Below, piece after piece: positions 21,139 through 30,089 of a DNA stretch of 64,000 bases. The stretch covers positions 576,001 through 640,000 of the forward strand of contig CAVVLO010000002.1 in NCBI GenBank assembly GCA_963749155.1, read 5' to 3'. This DNA comes from an uncultured Armatimonadia bacterium. GTDB taxonomy: Bacteria > Armatimonadota > Zipacnadia > CAVVLO01. Below the pieces are notes generated by a model. It saw only the letters and a program-made list of their open reading frames with translations, searched no databases and was not told where the DNA came from. A program made the translations under genes and the position numbers. How positions within the stretch are numbered: position 1 is the stretch's first letter; each line of letters opens with the position of its first letter.

Positions 21139-23628
21139 CTAGCCAGGATTCACATCATAGTACTGTGGGACTTCCCAGTCGGCCTCCAGCGTGTCGCTGA
21201 GCAATATGCTCTCAAGCTGCGGATTGGCCTCGAAGGGCTCGATCGTGAGCACGGCGGTATCTCCCGGCTTGGCAGGTATTAGCGCCAGTTGCTGGCCATC
21301 GAGCAGGCTCCACTGGGCGATACGCACTTTACCCTTGAGCGGCTTGCCTGAAAGGGTCTCCAGCACCTCAACCTCACAATTCACAAGCGCGCCGCGGTAA
21401 GGCAGTATCTGCTTCAGCGTCGGCAGATCGGAGCGAGACAGCAACTTTACTCTCACCTTCGAAGCCGCGACCTCGGCGCCAGAAGGCAGATAGCCACTGG
21501 CCTGAAGCGCCACATCATCCGGCAGGGCGCGAGCATATAGCGCGACGTGACTGAGAGTACCTGCCCAGTCGCGGTCGCCGGTGGCTTCATCGCCCAGCAG
21601 CAGTTCATAGGGTGTCCAGTTGGAAAAATCTCCCTGGACGGCGTCGGTATCCAGCACCTTCGCGCCATTGAGAAAGGCTGCCAGGCGCCCTGGCATATAG
21701 GTGATGACCACGTGGGCTGGCCGGCCGGCAACAAGCTTCCCGAAGGGTACCTGCGGATTGGCGCCGTTTGGTCCGGTTGCAGGGGTGCGCAGCCTGAGAG
21801 CCAGATGGTCCGCGTCCTGACCGAGTGTAAAATTGCGTTCGCCAGGATTGGCCGATAAGGTCACGATACGCGCAGGGCCGGTCTGAGTGATGTTATCCGG
21901 CACCAGCACAGTTTCGATTGTGAGCTGACCAGAGGCCTTGCAGGCTTCAAGCAAGCGCTGGCCTGCTCCTTCGACTTTATAAGCGCCTCTGGCAAGCACC
22001 AGCGCCCAGCTATGATCCATATGGCCAAGGCCTCTGGGCTGCAACGGATACGAAAACTGCTGGCCGGTCTGGGGATCGGTTACCAGATTCTTGCTTGCGG
22101 CATTCTCAAAGAGGAAGACAAGTCCCTGGTTTGAGACAGGCCAGCTTACAGGGGCGATCTCGACTGTTATTTTGTCGAGTTTATTGGGCCTCTGAGCCAG
22201 GTCGGTGATGTTTTCCAGCGTCAGCTTGACGGGGCCAGTGACCGGTTGCCTCAGCTTGAGGAGCAGCTTCATCGCCTGACCGCTCAGGCTGGCGCTTTGC
22301 AGTCCAAGCTCTGGCTTGAGAGAAGCTTTCAACTTGCCCGTGTAGACCGGCTCGCTGAAGCTCACAGCCAGCGTAGTTGGATCTTGCAGCCAGGCTTCTT
22401 TGACAACAGGCTTTTGGGAAGGGGCAACCGAAACAGAAGCCCTCAGCGTCTGTTCTCCCTGCCTGGCGATGACGAGGTACTCACCCTCCTGGACGAATTC
22501 GTGTTCGACGCTAACGCCTGAGTCCTGTTTACCATCACCGAAGTCCCAGTGCCATTGGCCTTCAGAAGGTGCTGCAAGCTTGACTCGGTAAGGTGCTTCA
22601 CCAGCCCAGGAGCCAAGTACAAATTCATCCAGATGAACATCAGGGAATCGGTCACAATGAGGATCGAAGGTATAACGCACAGGCTTGTCTATCAACTGGA
22701 GGGTCTCAGGATTTATCTGACAAACGAAGATGTCGTAGTCGGCATTGAAATGGTCATGCTGGTTGGGCGAAGCGCCAACAGCAAACAGCTTCATGTCAGC
22801 CGAGATCATTGGGAAATAAAGGTAGGCGCGCTCAGGTGGCATGCGTGGGTCAGATCGTTCTATAATACTGCCAATCTCACCATCACTGAGCCGTATCTTG
22901 CCGACCGGCCCGCCGCCCCTGCGCATCCAGAACCCCCATTTGCCATCGCTTGTGAAATAGGGCTGGCAGCCATTTAGATCCTGGCGAAGGCTTATTTTCT
23001 GCGTGGCGGTATCGTAAGGAGAAAAGGTGGGCACGCCAGTTGTCGCGTAGTTCAAGTGCGGATCGAGCAGATAACCTGCTACACCATCCCAGGGTGAATC
23101 CTTCATATCGTAGCGGATAAGCTCTGAGCTTTCGCCTGTGTCAACGTTGAGCTGGCGAGTGATGTTGTTGCCATCAATGTAAAGCAAAGTAGAATTGTCA
23201 ATCCAGATGGCGGCTCGGTCCTCACCAACAGCGCGCGAATCCCCAGCAATTATCCGGTCGTGTTTACCATCGGCGCTGAGCAAATGGAGAGGGATTAGCG
23301 TGCCCTTTCGGTAACCGTTGTAAGCATTCAGCTCTTTGGGGAAACTCTGATACACGAGCCTGCGCCCATCAGGAGCCAGATGCGGGCAATAATGATCGCG
23401 GCCAGGCTCCTCGGGAGAAAGCTGACGCAGGCCTGTGCCGTCCAGCTCTATCCGGTAGATGCGCCAGTCACCAGATCGACTTGATTCCCAGACGACGAAA
23501 CCTGAACCCAGAGCAGCCAGGCGTTGATAGCCGGCTTGCCAGTCTGAGGGATTGTCCTGAGTAAAAGAGAAACTTGCGAGTAGGAGCATACATAAGGCCA
23601 GTATTAGCAGTAATCTCAAACTAATCAC
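21139..23628 (-). CDS. Secreted multidomain protein: TolB/PD40-like propeller + PKD + Ig-like + LamG + unnamed C-terminal domain
   Basis: Signal peptide after GTG 23628, 'WESSRSGDWRIY', 'PHLAPDGRRLVY', PKD 'WHWDFGDG' and LamG 'TIETVLVP...RNFTLGQ...LYARAL'. Confidence 0.75.
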   Translation of the reverse strand: MISLRLLLILALCMLLLASFSFTQDNPSDWQAGYQRLAALGSGFVVWESSRSGDWRIYRIELDGTGLRQLSPEEPGRDHYCPHLAPDGRRLVYQSFPKELNAYNGYRKGTLIPLHLLSADGKHDRIIAGDSRAVGEDRAAIWIDNSTLLYIDGNNITRQLNVDTGESSELIRYDMKDSPWDGVAGYLLDPHLNYATTGVPTFSPYDTATQKISLRQDLNGCQPYFTSDGKWGFWMRRGGGPVGKIRLSDGEIGSIIERSDPRMPPERAYLYFPMISADMKLFAVGASPNQHDHFNADYDIFVCQINPETLQLIDKPVRYTFDPHCDRFPDVHLDEFVLGSWAGEAPYRVKLAAPSEGQWHWDFGDGKQDSGVSVEHEFVQEGEYLVIARQGEQTLRASVSVAPSQKPVVKEAWLQDPTTLAVSFSEPVYTGKLKASLKPELGLQSASLSGQAMKLLLKLRQPVTGPVKLTLENITDLAQRPNKLDKITVEIAPVSWPVSNQGLVFLFENAASKNLVTDPQTGQQFSYPLQPRGLGHMDHSWALVLARGAYKVEGAGQRLLEACKASGQLTIETVLVPDNITQTGPARIVTLSANPGERNFTLGQDADHLALRLRTPATGPNGANPQVPFGKLVAGRPAHVVITYMPGRLAAFLNGAKVLDTDAVQGDFSNWTPYELLLGDEATGDRDWAGTLSHVALYARALPDDVALQASGYLPSGAEVAASKVRVKLLSRSDLPTLKQILPYRGALVNCEVEVLETLSGKPLKGKVRIAQWSLLDGQQLALIPAKPGDTAVLTIEPFEANPQLESILLSDTLEADWEVPQYYDVNPG

Positions 23629-23751
23629 ACGCACACCTTCCAGCCGAGATGCCTTTCCTGGAACTACACAATAAAGCTTGACTTGCAAAATTTGACAGTA
23701 TGGAGCAAGTAGAAGTCGCATTTGCAGTACGAAATCGATTGTAACAGCACC

Positions 23752-23778
23752 TGACCTGTCGCCCAGAAGGAGCCCGGA
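23752..23778 (+). mobile_element. Possible degenerate IS3-family (IS407-like) terminal inverted repeat
   Basis: TGACCTGTCGCCCAGAAGGAGCCCGG resembles TGACCTGCCCC..-type IS ends and the scar near 27410-27436. No transposase follows. Confidence 0.25.
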
Positions 23779-24047
23779 TGCAATATCAGATGAAGCCTCG
23801 TTATGTATCAAGCCCAACCTTTCGTCTCGCTTGCCCTCAGTGGCAGGTTGCCTTAAGCAGGCGCAGGAAAGCCTCTCCCAACTGACGAAGACTAGGTACG
23901 GCAAACACCAAGGCCTGAGCCGACAGCAGCCTGGGGAAGTGGTACGTGGTGAGACCTTCTAGAACGTTTTGTAATTATGCTGTATTTTCTCTGGAAGCCA
24001 GGCATGTCATCCTCTGGCTACTCCACCTCATCCTGGGAGGTCTGGTA

Positions 24048-26990
24048 ATGACTTACTCCTCTGCTGGCGCCTCATCCTCAGGGGCACTGGGGACTGTTAC
24101 TCTCCAGTCCGACGCGGTTATCTTCGAGCGAGCTGGGCTGCGATTTCCGGTCAGCCTCGCTTGTCCTCTGTTTACACTCGAGGGGAAGGTAGTCGGTGGT
24201 CAGGTCCCTCTCAGGGTGGAGGGCAGTCTTGGCGCGGAGGAGCCAGTCGAGGTAACCTATGCCCCGCTGGTCCTCAGCGATAAGGCAAACCTGGAAGTAA
24301 AGCTCTTTCTCCAGTGGTCCAGGGAGGAGCAGGTCCTGCGGAAGTGGGCCTCTTATCGGCTGACTGGAGAAGAGACCTCACTTCTACTTGAGGAGATAGT
24401 CCTCGAGACAATCAATACCTCACAACCTGGCGCGGAGCTCCTGCCAGAGCAAGCGGTCATCTCGCCTCCAATGAGTTATCCCTTCTTCTTCAAGGGACTC
24501 TGGGCAGGCATTGAGTTTCCTGTTGCCTCCAGTCGGTTGGAGCAAGCCACAGTGCTGCTTGCCCATAAGCCTGGGCTTAGACTGCAACCCGGAGCCGACT
24601 ATGAGTCCCGGCGAGCAGTCTTCGGACTGGCCCCGGTCGGCGCTGAGCGGAGCAGCTTCCAGAGCTATATCCTGGCCCACAGTCCAGGCGCAAATCGGCG
24701 CTTCTTCGCCTGGGAGCCCTGGATTACGATGCCTATCCCTTATAAAGAAGAAGACCATCTGAGACTGCTTGGTCGGATCGGCGAGCACCTGAAAGGGCAA
24801 TCTGGCGCGAAGCTTGATGCCTGCGTGATGACAGCAGGCTGGTCCAACCCTCAGAGCCTTTGGGAGATAAACCAGACGCTGTTTCCAGAAGGCTTTGCCC
24901 GAGTGAAAGAAGCAACCGAACAGATGGGTTGCCAGATGGGGCTGTGGATTTCTCCTTGCGCCTTCTATCCTTTTGCTCTCGACACTAACTGGGCGAAGGA
25001 ACAGGGGTATGAGACTGCTCAACTGCCGGGAAGCTCCCTGCGAGTGGCCTGTCTTGGGGGAGCGAAATACCAGACCGCTTTCAAGCAGCAGGTAGTGGCG
25101 CTCTTCGAGCGTTATGACATCGCTTATGGCTACTTTGACGGCTATCTTGCGGAATGCTCAGAGCCTGACCATGGACATGAGCCTGGAGCACTTTCCGCCG
25201 AGACCATCGCCGAGGGGTTCCTCGAGGTGATCCAGGCTATCCGGGCAGTGAATCCTGACGCCTGGCTGGAAGCCACCTGTTTCGGGGGCAATGCCAGCCC
25301 CTGGTGGCTCTTCTGGGTCAATACTGTCCTCGGCAATTACGGGGACGACTATTGCTGGGGGCGGGTCCCGGCGCCAGTCTACAGGGAGAGCTACACCACC
25401 GCCCGAGACTACAGCAACCTGCAGGGCTGCACCTGGGGCCTGCTGCCAATCGCCTCCCAGGAGGTCTTCGCCGGCCTGTACAACCACACAAAAGAGCCTG
25501 TGGTAAACGATGCTGTGATGGGCCTGATGCGCGGCAATATGCTCTACCTGCTTTGCACTAATCCCGAGATGATGAGTGAGTATGGCTGGGCGGCCCTTGC
25601 TAAAATTGTGGAATGGGGCCACGATCACGCTGCCCAGTTCAGCCACACTCAACCTCTGCTACCGAGTTCCTGGCAGGAGGGGAAGTGCCCCCGGTTCTCG
25701 CACGAGGCTCCAATGCCCGCTGAGCCATACGGTTATGCTCACTGGCAAGATGGCGAAGGACTAATCGCCCTGCGCAATCCCTGGTTCGGCCTGCAGAGCT
25801 ATCACCTCAAGCTGGATGCTTCATCGGGCCTCTCAACGGACGTCTCAGGCCTCTCGGCGGTCAGCCTTTATCCTGAAAACCGACTCTATGCCAAAAGCCT
25901 GGGCTTCGGCGATGAACTGGAAGTCTCGCTTGCCCCCTTTGAGACAGTGGTGCTCCGTTTCGTGAAGGACCAGACCACGCAAAATCTCACCCCAGCCAGT
26001 GGCTCGATTGGGAACAGGATAACGGTCACTGGTGTCCGAAGCCATCTGACGCGCCTCGAATACATGGGAGAAAGCACCCCTCTTGGCCCCGACTGGACCC
26101 GGCAAAATACCACTCTGGCTGGCGCCTGCAAAATGGAACTGGAAGCTCAGCTTGCACTTGAGGCGCCCGCAGGTGAGTTGCTGGTACTGCTTGAAGAACA
26201 AGGCCAGCCTGTCGATCCAGTCTGCCAGCTCACCATCAACGGCGAACCTGTTGACTGGAGCCTCAGCGGGCCTGACACTGGCTATTCCGGTACGGTGTTT
26301 CAAAGACCGGAGCAGTGGCTTTATCTGCGCGCCCCGCTGACAGCAGGTCGCAGCCGGGTGAGACTCGAGTTGCTCTCTCGCACCGAGGCGCCCAAGGTGT
26401 CCGTCTGGATCTGGGCAAAGAAGCCCGGTAGTCTTATCGGTTCCACTTTCCCTGAGTCACTGCCCCAGCCGGAGGAGTTGTCCCTGGACTCGGTTTGCCT
26501 GCTTGAGCAGGTAGATACTGCCAGTCCAGGATTGCCCAGGCTGATGATGGAACGCCCCGTGGAGCATATCAAGGGCGTCTTCCTGGACAGCCTGCAGCCA
26601 GTCGAAGCCGCCCCAACCAGTCTCAACGCCAATCCAGGGCAGGGGCAGCTCAGCCTGCGCGCTCACAGGTATAACCGCGGACTTGGTCTTGTGGCCCCCT
26701 GGCGTGCTATCTATGAGCTGGATGGCAGCTATCAGACTTTCCGAGCCATGGTAGGTGTCGATGGGGGAACAGCCCATAACGACAAGTCCAGGCTGGTCTT
26801 CACGGTTTTGGTAGATGGCCAGCAGGCCTGGGAATCCCCCCAGCTCAGTCGCTGGGATAATCCGCTACCAGTCGAAGTGAACCTGGCCGGCAAGTCCAGG
26901 CTCGAACTCGCAGTCACCGACTACGCGCGCGAAGGCACACTGGATCATTCGAGCTGGGGCGTGTGGGCACTGGCAAGAATGGAGCGCTGA
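24048..26990 (+). CDS. GH36-like glycoside hydrolase with C-terminal NPCBM/NEW2 domain
   Basis: RBS ggagg. Barrel motifs 'TAGWSN...LFPEGF...MGLWISP...YGYFDG' and NPCBM 'YQTFRAMVGVD...FTVLVDG...VNLAGKSRLELAV'. Confidence 0.75.
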   Translation: MTYSSAGASSSGALGTVTLQSDAVIFERAGLRFPVSLACPLFTLEGKVVGGQVPLRVEGSLGAEEPVEVTYAPLVLSDKANLEVKLFLQWSREEQVLRKWASYRLTGEETSLLLEEIVLETINTSQPGAELLPEQAVISPPMSYPFFFKGLWAGIEFPVASSRLEQATVLLAHKPGLRLQPGADYESRRAVFGLAPVGAERSSFQSYILAHSPGANRRFFAWEPWITMPIPYKEEDHLRLLGRIGEHLKGQSGAKLDACVMTAGWSNPQSLWEINQTLFPEGFARVKEATEQMGCQMGLWISPCAFYPFALDTNWAKEQGYETAQLPGSSLRVACLGGAKYQTAFKQQVVALFERYDIAYGYFDGYLAECSEPDHGHEPGALSAETIAEGFLEVIQAIRAVNPDAWLEATCFGGNASPWWLFWVNTVLGNYGDDYCWGRVPAPVYRESYTTARDYSNLQGCTWGLLPIASQEVFAGLYNHTKEPVVNDAVMGLMRGNMLYLLCTNPEMMSEYGWAALAKIVEWGHDHAAQFSHTQPLLPSSWQEGKCPRFSHEAPMPAEPYGYAHWQDGEGLIALRNPWFGLQSYHLKLDASSGLSTDVSGLSAVSLYPENRLYAKSLGFGDELEVSLAPFETVVLRFVKDQTTQNLTPASGSIGNRITVTGVRSHLTRLEYMGESTPLGPDWTRQNTTLAGACKMELEAQLALEAPAGELLVLLEEQGQPVDPVCQLTINGEPVDWSLSGPDTGYSGTVFQRPEQWLYLRAPLTAGRSRVRLELLSRTEAPKVSVWIWAKKPGSLIGSTFPESLPQPEELSLDSVCLLEQVDTASPGLPRLMMERPVEHIKGVFLDSLQPVEAAPTSLNANPGQGQLSLRAHRYNRGLGLVAPWRAIYELDGSYQTFRAMVGVDGGTAHNDKSRLVFTVLVDGQQAWESPQLSRWDNPLPVEVNLAGKSRLELAVTDYAREGTLDHSSWGVWALARMER

Positions 26991-27123
26991 AGCACCAGAA
27001 GCTGCCTGACTCTGAAGAAGCAATTGTTGGCAGCCTGGGTGGAGAAAGCAAAACTGGTTCCGGACACGCTTGAAGTGGAAATCCACTCCGGGCTTCCGGA
27101 ACCAGTCGTAGCTAGCATGGTAG
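26989..27123 (+). repeat. Left copy of ~135-bp direct repeat (recombinase 3'-end remnant plus tRNA 3' core, att-like)
   Basis: Matches 36950..37084 at offset 9961. About 10 mismatches in the 125 bp from 26999. Ends in TGGTAG, the reverse complement of the tRNA 3' end CTACCA. Confidence 0.9.
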
Positions 27124-27271
27124 TCCCGACGCTAGGGCAGGACAACACGCTGCCGGTGCTGTGTTCCGGATCGTCAGGTGGGACAAGTGAGGCGGGGATA
27201 AGCCCCGTAACCGGACAGCGCAGCATCGCTTCTTCGGGTATGGCAGTCTCCCACGGGGGTCTTGTTCCTTA

Positions 27272-27436
27272 TCACCAGGTCCAGCCCTTGGCCAACTCCA
27301 CTTTCGCCCGGGGCAACTTGTTAGTGATCTGCTCTGGCGTATGCTTCAAGCTTCCGCCTCCCCTGGCCCCTTCTAGCAGTCCAGTTCCATCCTGACTACG
27401 AAAATACTACTGGACTCGTTCCTGGTTGCAAGGTCG
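27272..27436 (-). mobile_element. IS3-family (IS407-group-like) remnant: degenerate left IR plus truncated OrfA
   Basis: The minus strand reads CGACCTTGCAACCAGGAACGAGTCCAG (IRL-like), then GGGGAGG, then 'LKHTPEQITNKLPRAKVELAKGWTW*' (27272..27349), resembling the IS3 OrfA start 'R(H/Y)TPEQII.KLREAEVELAKG'. Confidence 0.7.
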
Positions 27437-27557
27437 AGGGCAATCAAGAGTAACCAGAAAGGGCTTGTCAGAATCGAGATGGCTGGTTGCTATCATGCAA
27501 CGCCAAGAACTGATGGGCCATCCCATCACGCTAATCATACGGCCAGTCAGGTTGAGG

Positions 27558-30089
27558 TCAAGGGCGTGACTGGGCCTGCGCGGCGATGGTCTCGGCGATC
27601 AGCAGGGGCCGGTGCCAGAGGCGGATCCGTTCGATGGCCGGTTCGGTGTCCATTTCGGGCGCAGACAGAGAATCGAACGAGAAGCCGGGAGGCAAGAGAC
27701 CTACTCCGCCGGCGCGTCGCGCGCCGCCGTCATCGAGCAGCCCGCTCAGGATGGCGCAGACGCGCCTGGCGCGCAGATCGACGATCAAACTGACCACGGG
27801 ATCGTCCGCCTTGAGCAGCGCTGCGTCAAATACGCAGGACACGGGGCGGCCTTCTCCGTCCGAGACCCGCGCCACCACATCTTCGCCCTCGCGCGCAAGA
27901 GACAGAGAACAGCCGCCGCCCCCGCGCAAGGTTATCCAGTGCCCCTCAAGGGCTGGATTGCTCAGGCGGACTTCCAGCGTGAACCCGTTCTGCTTGTCAA
28001 TCTCTTGCCGGGATCCAGGAACCGGCTTTCCCCTCTCCCACTCGATATCCGGCGGCGGTACGGGCGCGCCCTCGCGCACCACTTGCAAGAAATCGGCCGG
28101 CACCCGGAACTGGCGAACTTCCTTTTTCTGAGTCGTGGTTAGCACCATACCGTCGTCATCAGCGAGCCAGTCGGGGTAGCTCATACCGCTGCCAAACGGC
28201 GGGGCGAAGTCGTACAGGAGCATCTCCGGTGGACCCCAAAGGCAGTCGCCGTCCCGGAAATGCGCCGCCCGCAGCCAGACGGTGTCGCGGTCTTTGTTGC
28301 GCATGGGAACGGCGCGGGCATCGTTCTCGTGCGTCCACAGGTAGAGGTGGCCGGCGCCGTCGCGCAGGAGCCGCGGGCAGGCCAATGGCTGCTTGATCAG
28401 GCGACCGTCGATGCCGCGAGCCTGCTGCGGCGGGGCGAAGGTCCGCCCCTGGTCCAACGAAAAGGTCTGCCCGATATAGCCTTCCAGGGTGCGGAAGACG
28501 CAGAAAAGGCGTCCGTCATCAAGCGGCACGAGCTGGTGTTCCTCCTGCACATCTCCCATACCCTCGCCCCGGATGCCACGGCTTCCTTCGGGTAGCATCT
28601 CCCAGCGGTGGCGGGACAGATCCGGCTCGCTGGCGGCGTTGGGCGACCGGAAAAGCCATCCTTCACCGTAGCGCTCCTTCGATGCGGTCAGGCGCGTGAA
28701 GGAGACATACAGCGAGCCGTCCTGCAGGAAGGGGGCACTGACGCCCCAGGAGATGACGCGGGGCCATTCCTCGTCCAACAGGGTCTTGCGGATCGGCAGG
28801 TCCACCGCCGCCGACCAGGAACGACCACCGTCCTCCGACACGCGATACCGGTAGTTCACGGGCCGGACGGGGTCGCCCGAGGCGACGTTGTAGAAAACAA
28901 AAAGGCGGCCGTCTGGACCCGTCCAGGGGCAGCCCCAGGAAGGCTGAAGTGGCTTGGCCCCATCGGGTTCGAGCGGCTCGATGGCGCGCATGGGAGGTGT
29001 CCAGCTTTTTCCATGGTCCGCGCTGCGCATCAAGACCAGGTGCTGATCGGCCGCGCCCTCGGATCCGGCGCTGGTCGTCGCGATGCAGATCCACTCGCCG
29101 CTCCGAAGCGCCGCCAGGTAGGGTTGGTCATAATAGCCCTTCCTGGCGAGAAGTTTTCCTGACCCGAACCAGCGCGGATCGTCCAGGGGCTGCCGGTTGG
29201 GCTTGATCTGCCAGCGCGTCATCATCGCTTCGGACCATGCATCCAGCCCCTGGTCGTCCAGCGCATGGACAAAAATCGCCAACTCGGCCAACGCGCCCCG
29301 GAAAAATCGATTGCCGGCGCTGCCGCCCAGGGTGTAGCCGGTGGTCAGCGGCAGTGAATCGGGCCTGGTAAGAGGGGCTTCCGTCACGCGGATGCCCCCC
29401 CGGTAGAAAGTAACCTCCGGGCCCTTCTTCCGGATGACGATCAGTTCCATCCGCCCGAAGGATTCGACAGGGGTCTCGACCCGCTCGACCTTGCTGCCGT
29501 TGTTGAGACAGACCGAAAAGGCCTCTTCGCCCGGCCGAGAGAAGGTGAACGCGTACCCATCAGCGCCTTCCATCAGAAAAGGGTCCGTGCGCGATAGCAG
29601 AAGAGGTCTCCAGACCGAGTCTTGAGGTCCCGGCGAAGCCACCTGGGGCTCGATCTGCAGTGCAAAAAAGGCCGTGAAGTCCTGGGGCAAGGCCAGGTCC
29701 GGCAAGGAAAGCCGGCTGCCTGTGCCATCGAAGAGGACCAGCGGTTTCCCCGTGCGCGGGTCCGTGCTTTTCAACGGCGCGGGACGTTCGGCAGTGGCGA
29801 CGGCGTCACCGGCTCCCTGGGCCGCGTTGCGCCAGTGGCCCACTGGCGTACCGTCCGCCTGGTCTGCCAGGTCCGCCGCGTTCAGCCAGAGAGCCAGTCC
29901 TGGCGGTGTGCCGCCATCGCCTGGGGCGGTGTGACCGGCAAGAGGCAGGCCGCTCAGCATGAGGAGCGGAAGCAGGTACACCCATGGTCGCACAGGGCAG
30001 ATGCGAGCGTGAGATGCGGCTTGCCCAGGTAGCCAGCCCAGGATATCGCGATATGGTTTGAAGAGAGGCTTCAGTAATTGCAACGTCAT
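27558..30089 (-). CDS. LamG-domain + BNR-repeat sialidase-like (GH33-fold) protein
   Basis: 'LALWLNAADL...FFRGALAELAIF' (LamG), Asp-boxes 'SADHGKSW', 'SEDGGRSW', 'SLDQGRTF', and 'GMSYPD'. Start overlaps the upstream stop (ATGA). Confidence 0.8.
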   Translation of the reverse strand: MTLQLLKPLFKPYRDILGWLPGQAASHARICPVRPWVYLLPLLMLSGLPLAGHTAPGDGGTPPGLALWLNAADLADQADGTPVGHWRNAAQGAGDAVATAERPAPLKSTDPRTGKPLVLFDGTGSRLSLPDLALPQDFTAFFALQIEPQVASPGPQDSVWRPLLLSRTDPFLMEGADGYAFTFSRPGEEAFSVCLNNGSKVERVETPVESFGRMELIVIRKKGPEVTFYRGGIRVTEAPLTRPDSLPLTTGYTLGGSAGNRFFRGALAELAIFVHALDDQGLDAWSEAMMTRWQIKPNRQPLDDPRWFGSGKLLARKGYYDQPYLAALRSGEWICIATTSAGSEGAADQHLVLMRSADHGKSWTPPMRAIEPLEPDGAKPLQPSWGCPWTGPDGRLFVFYNVASGDPVRPVNYRYRVSEDGGRSWSAAVDLPIRKTLLDEEWPRVISWGVSAPFLQDGSLYVSFTRLTASKERYGEGWLFRSPNAASEPDLSRHRWEMLPEGSRGIRGEGMGDVQEEHQLVPLDDGRLFCVFRTLEGYIGQTFSLDQGRTFAPPQQARGIDGRLIKQPLACPRLLRDGAGHLYLWTHENDARAVPMRNKDRDTVWLRAAHFRDGDCLWGPPEMLLYDFAPPFGSGMSYPDWLADDDGMVLTTTQKKEVRQFRVPADFLQVVREGAPVPPPDIEWERGKPVPGSRQEIDKQNGFTLEVRLSNPALEGHWITLRGGGGCSLSLAREGEDVVARVSDGEGRPVSCVFDAALLKADDPVVSLIVDLRARRVCAILSGLLDDGGARRAGGVGLLPPGFSFDSLSAPEMDTEPAIERIRLWHRPLLIAETIAAQAQSRP

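Noticed and set aside
23850..23940. Possible c-di-GMP riboswitch-like leader (GGCAAAC...GGCCTGA)
   Set aside because: I could not fold the P1 GNRA hairpin or a P2 receptor. An Infernal/Rfam scan would be needed to accept it.
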